Shown here piece by piece: positions 9,405-19,224 of a stretch of DNA of 64,000 nt (the first letter of the stretch is position 1; each line of letters opens with the position of its first letter). Location: contig CAXUFI010000001.1 of NCBI GenBank assembly GCA_964250245.1, positions 209 to 64,208 on the forward strand, written 5' to 3'. The stretch comes from an uncultured bacterium (lineage in GTDB: Bacteria; Vulcanimicrobiota; Vulcanimicrobiia; Vulcanimicrobiales; Vulcanimicrobiaceae). The notes below the pieces were generated by a model. It made no database searches and was not told the DNA's origin. It saw nothing but the letters and a program-made list of their open reading frames with translations. The position numbers and the translations under genes were made by a program.

Positions 9405-9638
9405 CTACGCGGGCGGCTCGTAACCCGGCTCTTTGTAGATCGTCTCGGGTTTGCCGAGAATCTCGGGCCGGTAGACGCGCTCCGCCCACTCCGCCGGCCG
9501 CACGTCTTCGATGCCGACGGAGACGTCGGAGCTCGGACAGTCGAGGCTCTTGACGATCGCACTCGAGAGCGCTTCGGAGAGCCGAACCTTTTGTGCGTGC
9601 GAGTAGCCGACGCGTACCTTGACGAGGATATGCGGCAT
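9405..9638 (-). CDS. 4-oxalocrotonate tautomerase-family protein
   Basis: 77 aa beginning MPHILVKV (catalytic Pro1 pattern), with the typical small tautomerase length. Confidence 0.85.
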   Translation of the reverse strand: MPHILVKVRVGYSHAQKVRLSEALSSAIVKSLDCPSSDVSVGIEDVRPAEWAERVYRPEILGKPETIYKEPGYEPPA

Positions 9639-9647
9639 CGCTTTGCC

Positions 9648-10055
9648 CTAACTCGCCGTTTCCGCGAGGTACTGCTCGTCGCTCACCTGCTCGAGCCAGT
9701 CGACGTTGCGGCCGTCGAGCGATTCCTGGATGGCGATGTGCGTCATGGCGGTCGTCGGAGCGGCACCGTGCCAGTGCTTCTCACCGGCCGGAATGACGAC
9801 GACGTCGCCTGGCCGGATCTCACGGATCGGTCCGCCCCAGGTTTGGGCGCGGCCGCAGCCGGCCGTGACGATGAGCTTCTGCCCGAGCGGATGCGTGTGC
9901 CACGCCGCGCGAGCGCCGGGCTCGAACGTGACGAGCGCGGCGCTGACGCGCGCCGGATCCGCCACCGGAAAGAGCGGATCGACGCGAACCGTCCCGGTGA
10001 AGTACTCCGCCGGTCCCTTCGCGGACGGCTGCGAGCCGGCTTGCAAGATGTCCAT
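9648..10055 (-). CDS. Cupin-domain protein
   Basis: 135 aa. [16 protein letters not shown]...[16 protein letters not shown] is the cupin two-motif signature. Confidence 0.85.
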   Translation of the reverse strand: MDILQAGSQPSAKGPAEYFTGTVRVDPLFPVADPARVSAALVTFEPGARAAWHTHPLGQKLIVTAGCGRAQTWGGPIREIRPGDVVVIPAGEKHWHGAAPTTAMTHIAIQESLDGRNVDWLEQVSDEQYLAETAS

Positions 10056-10129
10056 TCGTTACTCCAGTCCTTTCTCGGCCACGCGTTCGTGAACCGTACG
10101 CTCTCGTTGCGGGTGCGACCCTGCATCAT

Positions 10130-10318
10130 CGCTTTCGTCTGCTGGTGAATGGTGTAGCCGCCGTCGACCACGAGCGCGTGACCGACCACGTAGCTCGCGG
10201 CGGGGCTGCAGAGCCGGAGCACGGCGCCGGCGATCTCCTCGGGCCGGCCGAGCGACTGCGCTAGACGATTCGCCTGAGCCGCAAGCGCTTGGGCGATTTC
10301 GACGAACGGCGTGAGCGA
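10130..10318 (-). pseudogene. Orphan 3' fragment of an SDR gene
   Basis: The frame right after an upstream TAA reads SLTPFVEIAQALAAQANRLAQSLGRPEEIAGAVLRLCSPAASYVVGHALVVDGGYTIHQ, the last ~60 aa of an SDR. There is no N-terminal Rossmann part, and it is squeezed between the channel gene stop and the cupin start. Confidence 0.5.
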
Positions 10319-10339
10319 TTACAAACCATCGCCCGAACC

Positions 10340-11446
10340 TTATGGGTGCCGGGCGCTCACCGGCGTCTGCTCCAGAGCGATCGAACGCGCCGCGTCTTCG
10401 GCCACGCTGATGGTTCGCTCGTCGGTCCACTCGATCTTCGGCAGCAGCCAGTACCGGGCCATAGCATCGAGTTTGTAGCGATACGCCCTTTGCAGTTCTT
10501 CGAACCGGCGCTGCGCCGGTAGCTTCGAGCGCGCGGCGTATCCGGCGCCGATCAGCGCCGCGCCGATGAGTTCGGCCGGTGCGCTACGATGATCGGCGTC
10601 GCTTTTGGGATGCAGATTGAAATAGCGTACGAAGGCGTCGACGAGCCGCTGCCCCGCCGTCAACGTTCGCACGGCCTCGGTCGTCGACTCGTCTTCGACG
10701 TAGCTGATGAGGAAGGCGGCGGCATCCATGACCGCGGCGAGCGTACTTACCCACGAGTCCCCTTCGCGCGTCGAGCGGAAGTACGTCAACACCGGGTAGG
10801 CGAGATGGCTTTCCGTGACCGCTGCGATCCAACGGCGGGCGTCGCGGAAGAGCGTGACCAGATCGTCGTAGCGCTGCTGGGGATCGATCGAGAGCAGTAG
10901 CGAGAGTCCGCCGGGTGTCGCATCGACGCGCTGAGCGAGCGTCAAGACATAGTACTCGCGCTGCTGGAAACCTCCGAGAATCGAGAATAAGAACGTCGCG
11001 ACGACCGCGATAACGGCAAAGCCGCTCATTCCCGCGACGACCGAAAGCACGCGAGGCGCGGCGGACGCGGGATGGAAATCACCAAAGCCGATCGTTAGGA
11101 ACGTCGTTCCTGAAAAGTAGAGCGCTTCACCAAAATTCGCCAAGTGCGGCTGGACCTCGGCAGCCATCGCGAAGAACATGAGTGCGTAGCCGACGATCAA
11201 CGCGACGACCCAACTGACGAGAAACACGACGAGCATGAGGGACGCGTACACGGCCAGCAGCGACGTGCCCAGAAAGGAGAGGCGCTTCTGTAAACGAGTG
11301 AGGCCGTTCCAGGCGACCCTCGAGATGAGCGCGCTGAGACGCAGCAGCCGATTCGCCGGCCGCGGAAGTATTACGGTGCGGAAAATATCGGCTAGCACGA
11401 CCGTTACGAGAACGGCGCCCGCAGCGAAATAGAGAACGGCGGCCAC
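10340..11446 (-). CDS. Potassium/ion channel family protein (2-TM pore domain plus cytosolic domain)
   Basis: 368 aa. Several TM helices and a selectivity-filter-like TIGFGD motif (FLTIGFGDFHP). Confidence 0.75.
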   Translation of the reverse strand: MAAVLYFAAGAVLVTVVLADIFRTVILPRPANRLLRLSALISRVAWNGLTRLQKRLSFLGTSLLAVYASLMLVVFLVSWVVALIVGYALMFFAMAAEVQPHLANFGEALYFSGTTFLTIGFGDFHPASAAPRVLSVVAGMSGFAVIAVVATFLFSILGGFQQREYYVLTLAQRVDATPGGLSLLLSIDPQQRYDDLVTLFRDARRWIAAVTESHLAYPVLTYFRSTREGDSWVSTLAAVMDAAAFLISYVEDESTTEAVRTLTAGQRLVDAFVRYFNLHPKSDADHRSAPAELIGAALIGAGYAARSKLPAQRRFEELQRAYRYKLDAMARYWLLPKIEWTDERTISVAEDAARSIALEQTPVSARHP

Positions 11447-11533
11447 CGGGCTCGGCTATCGCAAGAGAGCTAGCACATCCTGTGCGAATGCCCGAGACGG
11501 CTGCGCGAACGTCGTACGTAGCGACGCGCTCCG

Positions 11534-11869
11534 CTATCCGTCGTTACGTCCGAGAGTCGAACGAGCGTAGATCGCATCTACGGCGATGGAGCGACATCGA
11601 CGAAGATCTCGTTATCGTCATAGGTTTCCGTCCGCCACGCGCCGTCTCGACCGCGGACGTCGACTTCGCAGCGTCGTATGTCGGTACGACGGCCGCTTCT
11701 CGACGAGATCGTAGGAACGAGTACTTCGCGATAAGACTTCGGTGACGATATAGGCTTGCTGCACCGCCGTCGCATCGTCGGCGATCGCTTCGCACGTAAC
11801 TCCAGCGTCGGCATAGTAGCACGAGTCGGCGCTTACCGGGACTTTACCGTCGGAACCGAACGTTCTACA
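11534..11869 (-). pseudogene. Uma2-family endonuclease remnant (5'-truncated, at least 2 frameshifts, internal deletion)
   Basis: Three frames together read CRTFGSDGKVPVSADSCYYADAGV...VTEVLSRSTRSYDLVEKR / DIRRCEVDVRGRDGAWRTETYDDNEIFVDV / SIAVDAIYARSTLGRNDG*. These are collinear with the intact paralog at 50581..51141. Confidence 0.6.
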
Positions 11870-11884
11870 CGTTTTTGGATTGGC

Positions 11885-12580
11885 TCAGGCAGGGTGCTCG
11901 AAGCTGCCGGGACTTGCAGGCGTACCGCTCCAGGCCGCTTCGCGTTCCTGTCGCGCTGCCGCCAAGCCGGCGCGTACGCCGTCGGCCGTTAAGTCTTTCG
12001 TGTAGACCGGCGAGCCGGGCTGCTGACGCCACGATTCGTCGAGCGTGCCGGAATCGATCGGGTCGAAGCCGAGTTCGTCGACGAGCCGCATGACGATCGC
12101 CTTTGCATTCGCGTCGTCGCCGGCTATGGGAAGCGCGATCCGCCCCGGTGAGCCCGCAGCTTTGCCGCTGCCATAGAGATGCGCGGCATAGATGTTGTTG
12201 AACGCCTTGACGACGTCGCGCCGCAATTGCTGCGCGACCCAGCGGCTCTCCGTAAGGCCCGCTTCGATGCCTTCGATCCTGCCGTCACGCTGGCGCGGAT
12301 AGTAATTTCCCGTATCGACGACGACGACCGTGCTCGCGACGCCCTCGAACAAGTTGTGCGGCAATTGTGGCACGTTCTTCTGCGGAATCGTCACGACGAC
12401 GACGTCGTTCCCTCGGGCGGCTTCCGCAACGGAAACGGCGTTCGCGCCCGTCTCATCGGCGAGCTCCGTCAAGCTCTCCGGCCCCCGCGAATTCGCAACC
12501 GATACGCGATGACCCAGTTGACGAAACCGGCGTGTTAACGCACCTCCGATATTTCCCGCGCCGATAATTCCGATGTTCAT
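11885..12580 (-). CDS. NADPH-dependent F420 reductase-like NAD(P)-binding oxidoreductase
   Basis: 231 aa. N-terminus MNIGIIGAGNIGGAL...GHRVSVANSRGPESL fits the NpdG/F420-oxidoreductase-type Rossmann fold. Confidence 0.8.
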   Translation of the reverse strand: MNIGIIGAGNIGGALTRRFRQLGHRVSVANSRGPESLTELADETGANAVSVAEAARGNDVVVVTIPQKNVPQLPHNLFEGVASTVVVVDTGNYYPRQRDGRIEGIEAGLTESRWVAQQLRRDVVKAFNNIYAAHLYGSGKAAGSPGRIALPIAGDDANAKAIVMRLVDELGFDPIDSGTLDESWRQQPGSPVYTKDLTADGVRAGLAAARQEREAAWSGTPASPGSFEHPA

Positions 12581-12833
12581 TATTGATCCTTCATGTGGTC
12601 TAAGTTGCGTCTACGGCACGCAGGCACGGCGTTTGGCCTGAATGCGCGACGATTGCATATGGTCGCGGACGCGCTGCGATCGCGCGGATATTTTACCGAA
12701 TGTCTCCCTTTTGAAGCAAATCGGTCTGCCTGGATTCCCTTGCCCGAGAACCGTCGGTACCGTCCGCCGGTCTTGAAGAAGGATCTCGTGACGGAGCCAC
12801 GATAGCGCATCTGAAAAGGCTATGCGGAACGTT

Positions 12834-13238
12834 TTACGCGACGAGCACGGTTGCAATCTTTTCTTCACGAGCCGCTTTCGCAAGTCGCGAGTCGGCAGTG
12901 AAAAAGTCGGCGCGCAGATGAGCCGCTGTCACTAGGTAAGCGGCATCATAGATACTCAACGCTCGGCGACGTGCTAATGCCGCGTACCGGCCGAGGACAG
13001 AAAAGGCGTACGGATCGACCTGAAAAGTAAGCGCTTTTATTAGATCGATCGCTTCGCCGACCTCGGCTGCTAGGATCCGTCTGCGCCGCTCGGCGACGAT
13101 TAGAATGTTCTCGATTTCGTATACGAAGATAGCCGGCACGATCGCGCCGTCACGGCTCACGCGCAAAAGCGCCGCGTCCGCCGCTTTCGAGTGCTCGTCC
13201 GGCAAAAGCCACTTCGCAGCAACCGAAGCGTCAATCAC
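12834..13238 (-). CDS. vapC: Type II toxin VapC (PIN domain)
   Basis: 134 aa. MIDASVAAKWLL...YEIENIL...YDAAYLVTA...FFTADSRL shows the PIN acidic residues. It lies directly downstream of a Phd-type antitoxin. Confidence 0.85.
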   Translation of the reverse strand: MIDASVAAKWLLPDEHSKAADAALLRVSRDGAIVPAIFVYEIENILIVAERRRRILAAEVGEAIDLIKALTFQVDPYAFSVLGRYAALARRRALSIYDAAYLVTAAHLRADFFTADSRLAKAAREEKIATVLVA

Positions 13239-13246
13239 CGGGGGCG

Positions 13247-13507
13247 TCAGCGGTCGTGTCCCTCATGAGCCAAATCTCGCAGCGTTTCTTTCGGACGCAA
13301 AAGCGTTCCCGGGAGCGAATGCCGTTCTCGAAATGCTGTAATCTTTGCGACGATCGCTTCCGGAGCCAGCCGCTCCGTCGAGACGGCGCGCAACTCCGCG
13401 ACGGCGAGGCCGTTACGTGTGATCACGATGTGCTCACCTGCCGCGGCCCGGTCGATAAGACGAGACAACTGTGTCTTCGCCTCGTAGACGCCAATGGTGG
13501 TTTGCAT
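13247..13507 (-). CDS. Phd/YefM-type antitoxin
   Basis: Start at MQTTIGVYEAKTQLSRLIDRAAAGEHIVITRNG, the classic Phd/YefM N-terminus. 8-nt gap to vapC. Confidence 0.8.
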   Translation of the reverse strand: MQTTIGVYEAKTQLSRLIDRAAAGEHIVITRNGLAVAELRAVSTERLAPEAIVAKITAFRERHSLPGTLLRPKETLRDLAHEGHDR

Positions 13508-13514
13508 CGATCCT

Positions 13515-13543
13515 AGTCTACCAGGTAGACCAGATTCAGGCAA
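13515..13543 (-). promoter_or_regulatory. Promoter TTGCCT-17-TAGACT with an overlapping 7-1-7 palindrome (candidate antitoxin operator)
   Basis: Minus strand reads ttgcct gaatctggtctacctgg tagact aggatcg ATG. The palindrome GTCTACC-n-GGTAGAC lies at 13516-13530 and overlaps the -10. Confidence 0.45.
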
Positions 13544-13564
13544 GCTGCGATGCTGCGGCCAAGA

Positions 13565-13598
13565 AAAAGGGGCACGGCTCACTCGCCGCGCCCCTTTT
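13565..13598 (-). terminator. Rho-independent terminator downstream of katG
   Basis: A perfect 9-bp stem, aaaaggggc/gcccctttt, with a 16-nt loop. On the minus strand it is followed by a T-run. Confidence 0.6.
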
Positions 13599-13611
13599 GC
13601 TTTTCCTTAAG

Positions 13612-15962
<2,351 letters not shown>

Positions 15963-16949
15963 GTGAACACGGTAACGGTCTCGGAGCTTTCTTTGCGAGA
16001 CCTCGAGTATGCTGTTGCGGTCGATCGTGAGCGTCATTTCGCGCGGGCCGCGGAATTTTGTGGTGTCAGCCAAGCTGCGCTCAGCGAGCAGCTTCGGAAG
16101 CTCGAATCGGTTCTTGGCTTTGCGCTTTTCGAGCGGACCACGCGCAAAGTCGCACCGACGGTGCGGGGTGAGGCGGTCCTGCGACAAGCCGAGGCCTTAC
16201 TCGGCGATGCGCGGCGCCTGCTCGAAGACGCGCGCCGAAGCTCGGAACCGCTCTCCGGCGAGCTTCGTCTCGGCGTGATCGCGACGCTTGGGCCGTATTA
16301 TATGCCGTCCGTCATCAAGCTCGGCCGCGAGCGCTTTCCGCAGCTCGCGCTGCGTATACGTGAGGCGACGACGGCCGAACTGCTCGTCGAGCTCCGTCAG
16401 GGTAAGCTCGACGCGATCCTCGTCGCGCTGCCGGTCCCGATGGCCGGCTTCGTCGCCGAGCCCCTGTTTTTCGAACCGTTCCGGCTCGCGTGTCCGAGCG
16501 AACACGAACTCGCACAGCGTCAGCACGTGCGCCTGCGCGACCTCGAGTGCGGTCCGCTCCTACTGATGGAGGACGGCCATTGTCTGCGCAATCAGACGCT
16601 CTCGCTCTGCGATCCGCGCCGTCTTCCGAGCCAGAGCCGCTACGCGAGTTCACTCGAAATGTTGCGGCACATGATTGCAGCCGGTGAAGGCATCTCCGTC
16701 ATCCCGCTGCTCGCGGCCGGCGAACATACGACGATGCAAGGCATGATCGCTTATCGCGAGATCGATGAAGCACAAGCAGGTCGCACAATCGCGCTTTTGT
16801 GGCGATCGATGGAGACGCGAGCAGACGATCTTCGGGCAATTGTCGACTTCATGCGAGATGGGCTGCCACCCGGGGTTCGGGCGGTCGATGCGGCTCACAA
16901 GTTGATGGCCTTAGCGACCCTTTCGCCGGCGGTTACGATAAAGCGCTAA
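15963..16949 (+). CDS. oxyR: LysR-family peroxide sensor OxyR
   Basis: 328 aa. LysR HTH N-terminus. MEDGHCLRNQTLSLC carries two Cys spaced 9 apart, as for E. coli OxyR C199/C208. Divergent from katG. Confidence 0.85.
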   Translation: MNTVTVSELSLRDLEYAVAVDRERHFARAAEFCGVSQAALSEQLRKLESVLGFALFERTTRKVAPTVRGEAVLRQAEALLGDARRLLEDARRSSEPLSGELRLGVIATLGPYYMPSVIKLGRERFPQLALRIREATTAELLVELRQGKLDAILVALPVPMAGFVAEPLFFEPFRLACPSEHELAQRQHVRLRDLECGPLLLMEDGHCLRNQTLSLCDPRRLPSQSRYASSLEMLRHMIAAGEGISVIPLLAAGEHTTMQGMIAYREIDEAQAGRTIALLWRSMETRADDLRAIVDFMRDGLPPGVRAVDAAHKLMALATLSPAVTIKR

Positions 16950-17296
16950 GTTCAACCAGCGCGCTATCACCTAAGCTTTACGAGTCACCTGATGACCCGA
17001 TTGTTGAAATGCTGCGTCGAGCTCGTGCAATGAGCGCATCGAGACCTCTCCTCCTAAATCGTACTGCCTTGCGAGGACAACAGGTTTATCCTCGTTCAAA
17101 CTCCGCGGCGCAATTAACATTGTCGACAAACTCCAGGGGCGATCTTGGCGCTTTTGCTTCTTACGTACGTAGCTGTTTGTGCGACGACCAAACCATCATG
17201 TCTCTAGCCAATAACGAGCTCGCGTCTGGATCTAGAGGCTTCAGCCTCGCACTCGACCCGAAATGCATCTCGTTTATTTAAGCGTGACTCCAATGT

Positions 17297-17974
17297 CTAT
17301 AATTTACCCTCCGCTCTACCAGGCTTTAAGACATGCACATCCGCAGCAACGGCATTTTCGATTTGGTTACGAAAGATATCGAGCAATTCAAGCACGGCCG
17401 TTTGCGTCGACCCATAATCGTCGATCGTTACTGGGAACCTATCCCCGTGAGCAATCCTATTTCGCGGAGCCAATAGACGTTCATCAATAAGTCGCGAGCG
17501 AAGCTCGAATACCGATACATCAAATTGCAACGTTAGCAACAACTTCCGTAACACTACCGAACTTAGGTTCGAATCGGTTCGCAGTAGGGACCACGAAAAA
17601 AGTTCTGGCACCTGGCTTGGTTGGGAGAGCATCTTAGAAGCACGGGAAAGGAACGGAACGATCGATGCATCTGAGTGAACGGTCAATGAACTTCCAAGTG
17701 CCAATGCAGCAAAGTGCGGGCTTAATTTATCGAATGACATGGATCGCTGCTTGATGTTATATGAAGTATAAGCAAGATATAGCGACGCCGACTCTTTAAT
17801 GAAGCCTTCCCAATGTGCATATAATAGGACGACGCCGGCACGACAAAGCGAACCTTGCCGTGCACCACTACCCAACTGCGCCATAGCATAAAAGTCGATA
17901 AGCTCTTTTTTCCTCCACGACATTTCCTCATCCAGAAACGTGAATAACTCTAAACGCGACCGACTTCGCTTCAT
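17297..17974 (-). CDS. HEPN-like nuclease (MAE_28990/MAE_18760-like family, partner of DUF262)
   Basis: 225 aa, AT-rich. C-terminal RNRIAH (Rx4H HEPN motif). Abuts the DUF262 gene with no gap (stop 17975, start 17974). Confidence 0.65.
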   Translation of the reverse strand: MKRSRSRLELFTFLDEEMSWRKKELIDFYAMAQLGSGARQGSLCRAGVVLLYAHWEGFIKESASLYLAYTSYNIKQRSMSFDKLSPHFAALALGSSLTVHSDASIVPFLSRASKMLSQPSQVPELFSWSLLRTDSNLSSVVLRKLLLTLQFDVSVFELRSRLIDERLLAPRNRIAHGDRFPVTIDDYGSTQTAVLELLDIFRNQIENAVAADVHVLKPGRAEGKL

Positions 17975-19096
17975 CTACTTAAATAATTGTCTCCCAACTC
18001 GAAGGGTTTCTGGTATGCGGCTAGTCTGCGAAACGCCCATACGAGGCTGGCTCAGGTAATTACCAGGTGCCCAAGCCTTCTTAACACGCGCATTGATCTT
18101 CTTTGCTGAATCATGCTCCGAACTCCACTTACGCCAATTAAAGGCAATCCCCAAAGCTACCACCTCGTAAGCTGATACAAGGAAGCCTCCAGTGAATCGC
18201 TTTCGGACGGTATCGTAGCGGCGAAACGAGTTATCTTCAAGCGCGGAGTCAAGTAGCGCAAATGTGCCTTTGAATGTCGACTCGAGCTCATCGTCTAGGA
18301 GTTGGCCAGCAAGTGCTCGAGCAACCATCTGCGTATTGAGAAACTGACTCAAATCTCTCAACCCTTTGAGGTTATTAACATTGATGCTGTAGAAGATGCA
18401 AAATCGCAGTGCTAATTCAACATCATACTGTTCTTCCGCATTGCGTTCTGACAACGATAAGGTATTTTTGAACGCCATATCTGACGAAATGGCTTTCAGT
18501 TTCTTGAACGATTCGCGATTTGTCATAATCAAAAGGTTGTTTCTGTTCTCTTGATCAGAGAGCGGAGACCCGTTTGTATTTAGGCGCTCAAAAAGATCGT
18601 TTTGCGTACCTGCATCGCTCGTTCGCAACATTATCTTTATATCTAGTTTCGCACGCTTGATGTCGATCTGTTGTGCGGCACTTAGATATACTGATTCGGG
18701 CCCGCCACCGTTTGGCTCAGGGTTCCACCTTTTCCCTTGCAGCAATTTTAGGTAGCGCGTTTCCTGCAGAATCAATGGTTCGACATGGCGATTGTCTTCA
18801 TACTTTAAGACACCTTGCAGCTGGAAAATCGTCGATAAGCGCTGCAAGCCATCGACCACGTCCCAAACGCCGTCTTCACGCTGGGAAACAAAGATAGAAG
18901 GCAGTGGAATCCCGAGCAGAACGGATTCGATAAGAGCGCTTTTTTGTTGGTCAGACCAGCGAAAATATCGCTGGAACTCCGGATGAATATCTAACTCCCC
19001 GCGCTCGTAGATGCTCGTAATTTCGCCAATCGACATAGCGTATCCATCGGTACGAATGCGGCGCCTGTTTGCTTCGATTTCTTGTTCTAGATCCAC
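17975..19096 (-). CDS. DUF262 (ParB/GmrSD N-terminal-like) domain protein
   Basis: 373 aa. IHPEFQRYFRW...VVDGLQRLSTI is the DUF262 signature (DGQQR-type). GTG start with AAGAGG 5 nt upstream. Confidence 0.85.
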   Translation of the reverse strand: MDLEQEIEANRRRIRTDGYAMSIGEITSIYERGELDIHPEFQRYFRWSDQQKSALIESVLLGIPLPSIFVSQREDGVWDVVDGLQRLSTIFQLQGVLKYEDNRHVEPLILQETRYLKLLQGKRWNPEPNGGGPESVYLSAAQQIDIKRAKLDIKIMLRTSDAGTQNDLFERLNTNGSPLSDQENRNNLLIMTNRESFKKLKAISSDMAFKNTLSLSERNAEEQYDVELALRFCIFYSINVNNLKGLRDLSQFLNTQMVARALAGQLLDDELESTFKGTFALLDSALEDNSFRRYDTVRKRFTGGFLVSAYEVVALGIAFNWRKWSSEHDSAKKINARVKKAWAPGNYLSQPRMGVSQTSRIPETLRVGRQLFK

Positions 19097-19224
19097 TTTG
19101 GCCTCTTAAAATTGCGTGTTAGGAAATATCAGTTGAATAAACACGCGCATGTAATATAGTTTAAGCTACTCAATTAGTTGAGCGGTCTTGGCAAACCAAT
19201 GACTTCTCGTTGCGCTTGCCAGCC

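Noticed and set aside
16971-17039. A 22-codon minus-strand mini-ORF preceded by a strong AGGAGGAG Shine-Dalgarno-like sequence, in the oxyR/island junction.
   Set aside because: Too short, with no recognisable peptide family. It is more likely the orphaned ribosome-binding site and 5' end of a gene destroyed at the island boundary. Only worth revisiting if Ribo-seq data exist.
17565-17590. tRNA T-loop-like string ggttcgaatcgg (and gcgttcgaatcc near 23371).
   Set aside because: Both lie inside well-supported CDSs and lack complementary acceptor or T-stem sequence. No cloverleaf can be drawn, so no tRNA is called anywhere in the window.
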